A stretch of DNA of 64,000 nt from Naegleria gruberi (lineage: Eukaryota), in NCBI GenBank assembly GCA_000004985.1, contig GG738871.1. One strand, 5' to 3'. This document shows, in pieces, positions 1-11,364 of this stretch (the stretch's first letter is position 1; each line of letters starts with the position of its first letter). The notes below the pieces were generated by a model. It saw nothing but the letters and a program-made list of their open reading frames with translations. It was not told where the DNA came from and did no database searches. The translations under genes were made by a program, and so were the position numbers.

Positions 1-32
1 TGCCAAGATTTTCGGGTTGCACGCTATTAACA

Positions 33-3000
33 TTGTTTTTCATTCAAAGTATTGTGTTAATAATACTTTTAACACAAACAACACCAGTTCTCTCATGGTC
101 CTATAGTATGAGAACTGTAGCTTCAGCACCAGATACTATTACTCAAATTGTTGGTGGTAATCAATTTATTTATGCTGCCTTTGGTTCTGATAATATTGTT
201 TATTATAACAGAAGTGATTCAACTCAAATTGATGTCGCTACCATGTTGGCTGCTACTAATACTAATGCTGGTTCTACTTTTAAATATGTCGCTTACCATG
301 GTCAAACTTCTGGAGGAAATGATATCATTTCTGCTGGTACTGTTAGTGGCATCTTTGATAGTGTTGGATTGTATTCATGCGCTATTGATTCACAGAACCT
401 TCCTGCCTCTTTGACGGCCTTTACTGGCACTTCTCCAACAAAATTATTTGGTGTGAGAGGAAAATCATCTAATTCTCCATCAGATCCTCAATTTTATCTC
501 ATGACAGATCAAGGAATTATTGAAGCTGATTCATCTAGTTCTTCGCCTGTTGGCTCTGCTTCATTTAGTACTCAAGTTGACTTGGATTTTAATTCTTCCA
601 TGGTAAGTTTATTTCTTCTAAAAACGTTGTGATAATCTAATACTTTGATAGATATTTTATTTGGATTCTTCTAGTAATCTTTGGTCGGGTTTGACTAGCA
701 GTACTAAAGTTATTGGCAGCGGACTTAATTTACCAAGATCTTTGAGCTTTGTTGATACTTTTAATCAAGTAAGTGATGAAATAGTACTCATTTCTCTAAT
801 TAAATTAGATTTTTATCTCTGATACTGGTAATGGTCGTGTTAAAGTTTTGGATCTATCCTCAAATCAAGTTACCACCATTGCCGGAGGTTCTTCAACTCT
901 TCCACCAAATGACTTTACACTTGTTAGCTCACCAACTAACTATCAAATTACTCCTACTGGTATTTGGGTTGACAAGTCAAATGGATACGTATACATTGCC
1001 GATGGAGCATACATAAGAGTTCTCACACCAACTTGTAACACCATTTCTGAGGATGCCTCTTCTTCATATCCTTTCTGTGTCTGCAAATCAGGCTATATTC
1101 TCCAAGATGGGGTTTGTGTTGTTAACAACTGTTTGACATGTAACTCAAATCAAACTTGCGTATCAAATGCCTGTGTCTGTAAAAATGGTTATTCTGGAGC
1201 TTTATGTTCTGAATACAAGTGTTTTGGTACCCCTAAAGATAATGTTGGAGTATGTAGTAGTAGAGGTTATTGTACTGCACCAGATAATTGTATCTGTACT
1301 GACTCTATGAAATACTCAGGCGCTTCATGTAATGTTACTACCTGTAATTCCATCCCATCCTATCAATCTAATGTTTGTTCTGGAAAAGGTCAATGTACTG
1401 ATTATAACTTGTGTGTATGTACCAACACAACTGAATACGGAGGAGTAAATTGTGAATATTTCAAATGTAATGGACTCAATTCAAATGATGGAAACGTATG
1501 CAGTAAGAACGGCACTTGTGTTGGAATTAATTCATGTTCATGCAATTCAAATTATGCTGGTAACAACTGCCAGTACCCTAAGTGTAACGGAATCCCATCA
1601 ACTGATACTAATAATGTTTGTAATAAGAATGGTACCTGTGTTGCTGTTGATACCTGCAACTGTAATGTTAATTACACTGGTCAATTCTGTCAATATCCAA
1701 AATGTAATGGTACAGCTTCAAACGATGCAAGTGTTTGTAACTCCAATGGTGTTTGTAGTGGTGTTAATAATTGTGTCTGTAATTCAAATTATACTGGCCA
1801 ATACTGTCAATTCCCTAAGTGTAACGGAATTGGCTCAAATGATATTAATGTTTGCTCAAAGAACGGTACCTGTGTTGCTGTTAATACTTGTAATTGTAAT
1901 GTTAATTATACTGGACCATATTGTCAGTATCCAAAATGTAATGGCACGGCTTCAAATGATATTAATGTGTGCAGTAAGAATGGTAATTGTATCGCTCCAA
2001 ATGTTTGTTCATGTAATTCAAGCTTTTCTGGCCAATTCTGTCAATATCCAAAATGTAATGGAATCCCATCAACTGATACTAATAATGTTTGTAATAAGAA
2101 TGGTACCTGTGTTGCTGTTGATACCTGCAACTGTAATGTTAATTACACAGGTCAATTCTGTCAATATCCAAAGTGTAATGGTACAGCTTCAAATGATATT
2201 AATGTGTGCAGTAAGAATGGTAATTGTATCGCTCCAAATGTTTGTTCATGTAATTCAAGCTACACTGGTCAATTCTGTCAATATCCAAAATGTAATGGCA
2301 TTCCATCAAACGATGCTAGTGTTTGTAATTCAAATGGTACCTGTATTGGTGTTAATACTTGTAATTGTAATGCTAATTATACTGGTCAATTCTGTCAATA
2401 TCCAAAATGTAATGGTACTAGCTTCTAATGATACTAATGTTTGCAGTAAGAAGGTGGTAATTGTATTGCACCAAATGTTTGTTCATGTAATTCAAGCTAC
2501 ACTGGACAATTCTGTCAATTCCCAAAGTGTAATGGTATTGGATCCAATGATGGAAGTGTTTGTAATGCAAATGGTACTTGTATTGGAATTAACATTTGTT
2601 CTTGCAATTCGAATTATGCTGGACAATTCTGTCAATATCCAAAATGTAATAGTATTGCTTCGAATAGTGGCAGTGTTTGTAATTCACAAGGATCATGTGT
2701 TGCACCAAATGTTTGTGTCTGTAATTCAAATTATACTGGCACTTATTGTGACAAACCAAGATGTGGCATCTATTATAAGGGTGATGCTTCTGCTTGTAAT
2801 TCGAGAGGTAGTTGTGATGCTGTTGATAGTTGTACTTGTAGTGATACATCTTCTTGGGGTGGCAATTTGTGTCAATATCCAAAATGTAATGCTGTTCTTT
2901 CAAATGTTGGAACTGTTTGTAGCAGTAGAGGAACTTGTCAATCTCCAAACAATTGTTCATGCACTGATCCAAGTTCATATGGTGGTTCATATTGTGAAAA

Positions 3001-5017
3001 AGCAAAATGTTATGGAATTCTTCAAGGAGATTCAAATGTTTGCAGTGGGCATGGTACTTGCAGTGGTGTGAATCAATGTTCATGCAGTGCTGGATATGGA
3101 GGTGAACAATGTCAATATCCAAAATGTTTCACTATTTTGAGTAATGAAACAACAGTTTGTAACAATAGAAACGGTACATGTACTGCACCTGATACTTGTT
3201 CATGTAACAACGGATGGACTGGAAGCAAGTGTGATGTTGCCATTTGTTTTTCAATTCTCTCCAATTCAACAAAGGTTTGTTCAAACAAGAGAGGTAGTTG
3301 TGTCACACCAGATAATTGTGTTTGTAAAAGTCAATATTCAGGTTCTCAATGTGAATATACCACTTGTTCTGGAATAAGATCAGATCAAACATCGACAGTA
3401 TGTTATGGAAATGGTCAATGTATTGATTATAATACTTGTAATTGTACAACTGGTTATGGACCATCCAATGTATGTCAATATCCAATTTGTGGTGGCTATT
3501 TGGCAAATGATACAAGAGTTTGTAACAATTCAAGAGGTGTATGTTTGAGACCAAATGAATGTAGACCATTAGATCCCGTATGTTATGGTAAAGCTCAGAA
3601 TAATTCAATGGTTTGTAGTGGACATGGTTCATGTATCGATTGGGATTATTGTGAATGTAAAACTGGTTTCAATGGAAATGAATGTCAAAATTGGGAATGT
3701 TATGGAAAGAATTATACCAACTCAAATGTTTGTAACAATGGAAATGGTACCTGCTCATCTGTGAATAATTGTGTTTGTAACAGTGGATGGTATGGAAATG
3801 AATGTACAGTTCCAATGTGTAATGGAATTCTTGCAAATTCATCCCTAGTTTGTAACAATGGAAATGGTACCTGCTCCAAACCAGGTGCATGCCAATGTAA
3901 TACTGGATACACAGGATCTGACTGTTCCATTCCAATTTGTTATGGCAAATTAGGCACTGATACAAGTAATGTTTGTTCAGGAAGAGCAGACTGTATTGGT
4001 TATAACAAGTGTAATTGTGACACTTCCAAGTATAGTGGTTCACAATGTGAATATTTCAAATGTTTTGGTATTCCGTCAAATGATGCTTCAGTTTGCAGCA
4101 GAAACGGAACATGTTCAGGTGTGAATCAATGTTCTTGTAATTATGGTTATGGTTCTTCAAATTGTGACATTTTCACATGTTCAAATGTTCTTGCCACCAA
4201 TTCAAGTGTTTGCAGTGGAAAGGGTGTATGTTATGGAATTGACAAGTGTTCATGTGATTCAGGATATTTTGGATCAAATTGTGAAATTATCTCCTGTTAT
4301 GGAATTCCAAAGTCCAACAATACTGTATGTGGTGGAGTTGGTGAATGTTCACAACTTGATACATGTGTTTGTGGAAGCGGTTATAGAGGCTCAATGTGTG
4401 AATTATCTTACACCTCTTCATCTCAAGCAACACTTCAATTCAACAATACGAATGAATATGTGAATGAACAATTCACAAGCATGGTCACTTTGACAATTAA
4501 TAATCCACTCTTCGGCCAATATTATTTGAGAAGAAGTGTTCAAGTTGTTGTTTCATTTGAAATTAATTCACAATTCAGTTATTCTGAAACACTTTATATT
4601 GAAAATGGAGTTTCATCTGTTTCATTAATGGTGAAATCGTTGAGTCAAACTGGTACATTGAAAGCATCTGCTCAATTAATTGATAATAGCACATTGATTT
4701 CCATTTCAGATAGTATTCAATCTTCAAATAGCATTACAATTCAAAATAGACCTATTGTTGTTCCATCTACAAAGACATCCACAACCAAACCAACAACCTC
4801 TGCACAAACAAGTAGAGCTGTTATCGATACAGGAAGTAATGCAGGAGCCATTGCAGCTGGTGTTATTGTTCCAGTGGCAGTTATTGGAATTGGAGGTGGT
4901 GTCACTGCAGCCATTGTCACAGCAGTTGTTTTATTAAAGAAGAAGGCTGCTGCAGCTGCTGCCGCAGAAATTTCCCATGCTCAACACGTCAATGTTGAAC
5001 TTGTTGAAGGTTTCTAA
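33..5017 (+). CDS. Giant secreted/type-I membrane cysteine-rich EGF-like repeat protein (~1630 aa); exons 33..602, 652..768, 809..5017
   Basis: N-terminal hydrophobic signal (MFFIQSIVLIILLTQTTPVLS). GTAAGT donors at 603 and 769 with TAG acceptors ending 651 and 808; the reading frame is preserved across both. The protein contains more than 45 tandem modules of type CxYPKCNG..CS..G.C..CxCN..Y(T/S)G..C. It ends with a Thr/Pro stalk (TKTSTTKPTTSAQTS), a TM helix (AIAAGVIVPVAVIGIGGGVTAAIVTAVVLL) and a short cytoplasmic tail. A local out-of-frame stretch lies at ~2419–2456 (see findings). Confidence 0.6.
1440..2760 (+). repeat. Tandem near-identical coding DNA repeats (~240/480-bp units) encoding EGF-like modules
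   Basis: Near-identical ~100-nt segments recur at ~1570–1680 vs ~2050–2160, and at ~1930–2030 vs ~2170–2270 (e.g. ccaaaatgtaatggaatcccatcaactgatactaataatgtttgtaataagaatggtacctgtgttgctgttgatacctgcaactgtaatgttaattacac). Confidence 0.6.
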
Positions 5018-5398
5018 TAAATCAAACTTTTCATCAGCTCTCTCAATAATTTATTTCTACCTTGCTCAATTCTTTCCACTATGTGCAACAATGGCAAATT
5101 GCCACAATAGAACATTGTAAAGAGATATGAAGATTCATATCTTCCACTAATCAACAACCAACAAACAAACTTAAAGACAATTTTACAATGCAAATCAAAT
5201 ACATACCCAAATCGAACCTTCTAGTAACTTTTCGCTTAACGAACTGTAACATGCATTAGCAAATTACTTCCACACTAGATATCGGCCAAACCAAATCGAC
5301 ATTTACCAAGTTGATAATTGACAAGATCATCTTCTACTCTGGGATCTGTTAAATACATGCTCTCTTGTGGAACATACATTACTTCATAACATAAAAAA

Positions 5399-7037
5399 AT
5401 GGTTTCGTCTACTAAGCAATTAACTATTGTTCTGACATTATTGTTTGCTTTTGCAATCATTAACATTTCACATGCTGCTGTTTATCAAGTGAAAGATGCT
5501 GTTACTTTGTGGAGTACTTTTGGTAAGCTCCAAGCTGGTAAGTTTCTAATAACAATGTTTGAATCAAATTAACAACCTCTTTGCATGTAATCGTGTCCGT
5601 TGGCATGTCAAAAACCTATTCGAAACTTGAATAGGTGACGAAATGATCATTAGACAAGGAACCTATTCCACATCCACAGGTGGATCTTACTATAGACAAT
5701 TCACATTGAGAGGTACATCCGCATTACCAATCAAAGTTTATGCTTGGAAAAACGAAACTGTCGAAATTAAGGGAGACGCAGCTGCCAGTCAAAATATTCT
5801 AAACTTTGATGTTGAATATTTTGTCATGGATAATCTTGGTTTCTCTCAAGGAAGTCGTGGTTTAAGATTTTTAAATTCGAAACATTCAGTTTATTCGAAT
5901 CTGAGAGTTAAAAACACTGGTGATGTTGGTATCTCCATGAATGATGGAAATGCGCTTTATCAAAACAATACATTCAGATATAATGAAGTTTCGTATACTA
6001 GAGGAACTGGTGAATGTTTCTATTTGGGTTGTAATAATGCTGGATGCAAGTTTATTTTCAATTTATTGGAAAATAACTATTGTCATCACACAAGCACTGC
6101 AGCCCAAGGAGATGGTATTGAAATCAAGACTGGAAGTTATGGAAATGTTGTTCGAAACAATGTCATTCATGATGGAAACTATCCTGGTATTACCTTATAT
6201 AGTACTTATTACAATGGTGTAGATAAGGATATTGGCATTGCTAATCCAAATATTATTGAAGGAAATATCATTTGGACTGTCAAAGACAATGGCATACAAG
6301 TGACAGGTAATGCCATTATAAGAAATAACATTATTTACAATGCAGGTGCAAGTGGAATTGCCATTCAAACCAATCAAGGAATTGTCGAAAATGTCAAAGT
6401 ATTGCACAATACAGTTGTCAAAGCAGGTGCTGCTTGTATTAGAGTGACAAATTCAGGTCCAGGAATTTTGATTGCAAATAATGCTGCCTATTGTGAAACA
6501 ACAAGTTCCGTTTATATTGCCTCAGCATTGCCTGCTGATGGAATTATCTCAAGAAATGTCATTCAGGGCTCGACTAATGTTCAAGTTGTGAATGGAACTC
6601 TCAATATTGGTAAATTCACAACTGATTTCCAAGGGAGTAGCGCCTTGCCATATAATGTGTTCCCAGTTGTTTCCAGTAATGTGCTTGGAAAGGCAGATTC
6701 AAAGTATGCTACCACTTATGATTTCAATTTTAATACTAGAAATGGGCCAACTTATGATTGTGGTGCTTATCAAGCTAATGGAGCTACTTCAAATCCTGGT
6801 TGGATTCCAACAACTGGTTTTAAGAATACTAATGCTCCAACTCCAGTCAATCCTGTAACTCCTGGTGCTTCAAAGACTCCAACTCCAGTCAATCCAGGCA
6901 CTTCAAAGACAACACCAACCAATCCAGCAAATAGTCCAACTGCAGTTAATTCAAACAAGAGAGTTAACAATGCGAATGTTTTGATGCAAAGTATTGCTGC
7001 CATGATTGTTGGTTTGCTTGTATTCATTGCTATTTAA
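5399..7037 (+). CDS. Secreted right-handed parallel beta-helix (pectin-lyase-fold-like) repeat protein with Pro/Thr linker and C-terminal hydrophobic GPI-like tail; exons 5399..5537, 5635..7037
   Basis: Signal peptide MVSSTKQLTIVLTLLFAFAIINISHA. Intron 5538..5634 (GTAAGT...ATAG), frame preserved. Repeated beta-helix-like motifs (NNVIHDGN, IEGNIIWT, IRNNIIYNAG, ISRNVIQG). PT-rich stretch (PTPVNPVTPGASKTPTPVNPGTSKTTPTNP). Terminal hydrophobic VLMQSIAAMIVGLLVFIAI. Confidence 0.55.
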
Positions 7038-7228
7038 ATAAATTTAGTATTATTTAAAAGTCCTCATCCTCACTTCGTTAATGAAAAAGATGATTCACTA
7101 TTAAATATTAATATTTAATTATCCTAAAATCGTTACATCTATTGATGTTATTGAATAATAATTAATGATGGCAATTTTAATACATTTTCAATTTTATTAG
7201 AATAAACCTTAATAAGTTTTAGTCAAGT

Positions 7229-8956
7229 TTAAAAATCTCTTTCAACAAAATCCAAATTTCTCAACAATAACAATTCTTCTCTCTTCAACTCTGGAATGTT
7301 CAATTTGCTGACTGCTGATGAATATTCAGCCAACTTTTCGTGATTAATCTTTTGTTCCTTGCAATAATTAACCAAGAGATCATAGAAAAGAGGTAAATAT
7401 CTACCACTAGCTCCGTATTGTTCAGTGTGTAATTCAATGGCATTATCCAACAATGAAATAACTTCTTCTGTAGAGGCCTTTTCACCCAAAATTAAAACTT
7501 CAGCTTCTCTTCTTAACAGAGATGAATATGAAGGTGAGAAGTAACCATTATTGAATTGAAGCTCCTTAGATTGAGTAATATAATTCAAAGCAGCATCTAA
7601 TTGACCTCTAGAAATGAAAAGATCAACAAGATAATTGTTAACGAATTGTTTGACTTGAGGTGTTGTTTCTGGATTATCAATCTTGATCATCTTCATGTAT
7701 GAGTGTATATCTTGAGCAGCATTACGCTTCTTGGTGGCATAAAGAGTGTGATTGAGTAAGATGGTAGAAATTTGTTGAAGGTCCTTTGAGACAGTTGGGA
7801 AGTTTCTGGCAATTTGTTGTAAAGATTCAACATAGAGCTTACTGGCTTCATCTAATTGTTTACCTTGAACAGTCAAAATGGAAGCCTTGGAAAGCTTGTA
7901 CATGACACTGGAAAGAGAACCCAATAATTTAGCATCACGAAGTCTACTATCCAACCAAGAAACCATAGAATCAGCTGAACCTTCATTCTTGATAGAAATA
8001 TTGTATAAAACTTGAACAAGTGTAAGTTGAGTTTCAACTTCTAATCTATCCAATTGGTTTTCAATCTTCTTATTGATTGGTTCAACACCGAAATATTTAT
8101 CAAATTCTGGGACTTTTCTTCCAACAACTGGTACTCTAATATCTTGTTCTTGTTCCAATTCATAAATCTTATTAACAACTTCTTCAATAGTATCTTTAGA
8201 TTTCAGCTTCTTTTGATTTTCCTTGTATTCTTCCAAAGAAATACCAATAGTAGCAGCTTCCTTTTCCTCTCGATCGACTTCTTGTTGTCTCTTTTCGTAG
8301 AAAACTTTCATTTCAGAAATCTTGTTCAATAATTCTTCACAAGCAACTTTAGCAACTTCATAATCACCCAAACCAATAGCAGCTCTGATTTTAGATTTGT
8401 GAACAGCAAGTGAATAATACAATGGGAAGTTGTGGCTCTTTCCGAAATGTTCCTCTCCTACTAAAACATTGAAAAAGTTGTCGGCCTTTTCACCAATGAG
8501 TAATGGTTGGACCAACTTGAACAAACCATTATCAAGAGTAAGTTGTTGAATAGCAAGAACCCATTTTAAGAAGAGGGAGAAACGGGAGTTTAACTTGCTG
8601 ATATACTCTGCATCATAGGTGATGTTTGTTTCGGTGGTAATTTGTTCAATTTGTTGTTGGAAGGCAGCAATTTCGTTTTGAACGTGAGTTTGAATAGAGT
8701 AAAGATAGTAGAGTTGTTCTCTAGTTTTATCGGTGGTTCTCTTTTCCAAAGGTTCAACTTTCATTGCACTTAATTCATTAATTAAATCACCCAAGGACTT
8801 GCTACTAAAATCCAAATTTTGTTTAGCGTCCAAACAACGGAATTGTTGATGGAATGGACGAACATCAAGAGCGGAAACAACAAGTCTATTGAAAGCAACT
8901 TGTTGAGAACGCGACTTGGATAAGCATCGTGGGGTAGCGAAAAAGAGTTTTTTCAT
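7229..8956 (-). CDS. Hypothetical 575-aa helical-repeat protein with putative N-terminal mitochondrial presequence
   Basis: Single long ORF. N-terminus MKKLFFATPRCLSKSRSQQVAFNRLVV is basic and amphipathic. The rest is predicted alpha-helical/TPR-like. No family assigned. Confidence 0.4.
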   Translation of the reverse strand: MKKLFFATPRCLSKSRSQQVAFNRLVVSALDVRPFHQQFRCLDAKQNLDFSSKSLGDLINELSAMKVEPLEKRTTDKTREQLYYLYSIQTHVQNEIAAFQQQIEQITTETNITYDAEYISKLNSRFSLFLKWVLAIQQLTLDNGLFKLVQPLLIGEKADNFFNVLVGEEHFGKSHNFPLYYSLAVHKSKIRAAIGLGDYEVAKVACEELLNKISEMKVFYEKRQQEVDREEKEAATIGISLEEYKENQKKLKSKDTIEEVVNKIYELEQEQDIRVPVVGRKVPEFDKYFGVEPINKKIENQLDRLEVETQLTLVQVLYNISIKNEGSADSMVSWLDSRLRDAKLLGSLSSVMYKLSKASILTVQGKQLDEASKLYVESLQQIARNFPTVSKDLQQISTILLNHTLYATKKRNAAQDIHSYMKMIKIDNPETTPQVKQFVNNYLVDLFISRGQLDAALNYITQSKELQFNNGYFSPSYSSLLRREAEVLILGEKASTEEVISLLDNAIELHTEQYGASGRYLPLFYDLLVNYCKEQKINHEKLAEYSSAVSKLNIPELKREELLLLRNLDFVERDF

Positions 8957-9132
8957 TTTTTTTAATTACAAAGAATTTTTATTTTTTTTTTTTAAAATTC
9001 TTTGTTAGTCCTGTTGCTATTCAGTTGTTGGGATTTATTTTCCAATCTAGCTATTTCGATAATTATTTTCCAACTCAATTGATGACAAAAATTTAAAACG
9101 TTTAATTTAAATATTTTTGTTTTCGGAAAGAT

Positions 9133-9567
9133 TTATTGTTTAACGGTTTCTTCAGTGAATTTACCCTTGTTGGCTTGGGTGGTTGTGGATCTAGCTTCAG
9201 CCTTTCTCTTCAACAAGTTCTTTCTATCCTTATCGAGATGGAGCTTAGTGATTTGTACAGTAGATGGCTTGACTGGGACATCGAAAGTCTTTCCACCGAG
9301 CTTATCACCTTGGACACCTTCAACGTAGACAGACCACTTCAATCTGACGACCTTCTTGACCTTACCGACAACACCTCTGAATTTACCCTTCAAGATCTTG
9401 ACTTCATCACCCTTTCTGATTGGGACGGCACGAACGTTATGTTCATCTCTCAACTTCTTGGTGAGAGGAGCACTCATGATGACTCTTCTAACAGAAGATG
9501 GGGCAGTGAAGTGTTGCTTTCTGGCCTTGCTTCTCTTGCTGGAGACAGCGGTGTTAACTTTAACCAT
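9133..9567 (-). CDS. RPL26: 60S ribosomal protein L26 (uL24)
   Basis: 144-aa ORF. KRHF..APS..RR..MS.PL.KELR.K..VR..PIRK.DEV...G.FKG, KOW-type core and lysine-rich C-terminus typical of eukaryotic L26. Confidence 0.88.
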   Translation of the reverse strand: MVKVNTAVSSKRSKARKQHFTAPSSVRRVIMSAPLTKKLRDEHNVRAVPIRKGDEVKILKGKFRGVVGKVKKVVRLKWSVYVEGVQGDKLGGKTFDVPVKPSTVQITKLHLDKDRKNLLKRKAEARSTTTQANKGKFTEETVKQ

Positions 9568-9750
9568 TGTGATGTATTTTTTTTTCGAACAAATTTTCAG
9601 GTTTACCTTCAGTATGTAATTTTACAATGAAAGCTGCGTCTGCTTGGAAGTGGCAGGAAAAAATTTAAACACCTTCATCAAAAGAATAAACACACAATCC
9701 TTGAACGAACCAAATAACATTTTGTTTTCTTCTTTGGGAAATCTTTTAAT

Positions 9751-10854
9751 TTATTTACTATCGCTCGATGATAATTGTTGTTGTTGGTCCAATGAACACT
9801 TTGGCTTCATAGTAAAATAGATACCATAGTGATCACTGCAAAACAAGTAATCTTTGGTGATGAAAGATAACCTCTGACTTTCCTCCTCCGAGAACAATAG
9901 CTTATTCTTCAATAACTTCTTGATGGAATTAGTTGCAAATAATCGTATAGCAGTGCAGGAGAGCTTAGATTCTGATGTTTTCCATTGTACTACTCGATCC
10001 AAACGTAATTGTTTATCAGCATCGGCAGCACTCATCTTTCCTAACATTGGATTTGTCTTACCATCCATTGTGTATCCCTTGTCTCCATTTGCTGTATGAA
10101 TATCAATCCACAAATCAGAAAATTCCTTAATGTGAGTAATGAAATTGGTCTCAAATGGCATATTCAAGTTAAAATCTCCCAGATAGATCAGCTCATTACA
10201 TGTATTCTTAGTGAGTTGCTTGGCTAGTTCATATAATTCTGCAACTTGCTTCTTTCTCACTTCAAAACATTCCTTCTTGGCTTTCAAGTGAACTGATCCG
10301 AAACAAATTCTAACACATTCTTCTTCTGATGTCTTGTAATCAGCAATTGAAAGAATGACCCTTCTGGAAAAGTTACTTGGGTAAGCAAACTTGTATTTGA
10401 GAAATCTGACATTGGTAAATTTGTGTTTCGATAACATGATCAAATTACCATAGGGAAAGACTGTAGAATGGCCAGAATCCTTCTTCTCACCCACTTCAAT
10501 TTCCGATAAGTAATAGTGATCTCTGACCCATTTCTCACTCATTAGTTTTGCAAGATATTGTGGAGTCATTTCACACAGAGTCAAGACATCCAATTGAAGT
10601 TTTTCCAACATTCTGATTTGAACACTGTATCGAATATCACTATACACAATATTATTCTGATAAATATCAAACAAGACATTAAAAGCAGCACACTTTAGCT
10701 CCTCGGAATTATATGTTACACTAGTATTGCTCCAATCCTTCTTTTCGTCCCATGTACTTGTCAATTCGTCATAGAAATACGCTGGTATAAATCTGAGATC
10801 GGTCTTTTCTGGTAATGTTATTTCATCCACCTTCTTATTATTTTCAGTAGACAT
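9751..10854 (-). CDS. Endonuclease/exonuclease/phosphatase (EEP) family protein, TDP2-like
   Basis: 367-aa ORF with EEP signature blocks: LQLDVLTLCEMT (Mg-binding E), YLGDFN (GDFN motif) and C-terminal SDHYGIYF (SDH motif). Confidence 0.5.
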   Translation of the reverse strand: MSTENNKKVDEITLPEKTDLRFIPAYFYDELTSTWDEKKDWSNTSVTYNSEELKCAAFNVLFDIYQNNIVYSDIRYSVQIRMLEKLQLDVLTLCEMTPQYLAKLMSEKWVRDHYYLSEIEVGEKKDSGHSTVFPYGNLIMLSKHKFTNVRFLKYKFAYPSNFSRRVILSIADYKTSEEECVRICFGSVHLKAKKECFEVRKKQVAELYELAKQLTKNTCNELIYLGDFNLNMPFETNFITHIKEFSDLWIDIHTANGDKGYTMDGKTNPMLGKMSAADADKQLRLDRVVQWKTSESKLSCTAIRLFATNSIKKLLKNKLLFSEEESQRLSFITKDYLFCSDHYGIYFTMKPKCSLDQQQQLSSSDSK

Positions 10855-11364
10855 CTTTTTCCAATCCTCTCACTAAAATAATGACTATTATTGATACACA
10901 ATTAAAAGTACTATTGAACTTTGATGTAATTTTTTGTGTTATTTTTATATTTGTTGTTCTTGGGTGAGATGAATTTTGAATGTTGTTTTTAAATTCAAAT
11001 TCAAATTTGATTTTCTTTCTTCTTGGTGCAACCTGTTATCTTTCTAAAGGAACTGCTGATTAATTATTATATTGAATTTTTGTACTTGTCTATAATATTT
11101 CATCATAATATTAGGAATATTATTTGTAGTCTTTTAAATAAAGGCTTGGCTGATGATTCTTGTTTGGTTTATTCTTCATTCTATTTTCTTCCAAACGATC
11201 CTTGATTAATATAAAGCCAATAACCACTCCGAAAAGGAGAGTACCCCTCATCCAACGATTGTGAGTAGAAATTTCATTACGCAAATCAGTCATTTTTTAA
11301 TAATTTGAATTTTAATTGTTTTTTAATATTTTACATGTGAATTGTTGATTTATAAATTTCAAGA

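Noticed and set aside
1440-2760. Regular near-identical repeats that could superficially resemble a CRISPR array or satellite
   Set aside because: The units are about 240/480 bp, lie in frame, and encode cysteine-rich EGF-like modules of one long ORF. There are no short direct repeats with unique spacers, and the context is eukaryotic.
1452-3071. 539-aa ORF in an alternative frame overlapping the EGF-repeat gene
   Set aside because: The product is low-complexity (runs of V, I, M, Q) and derives from the repetitive codon composition. The other frame carries the conserved Cys module pattern and is continuous with the signal peptide and TM.
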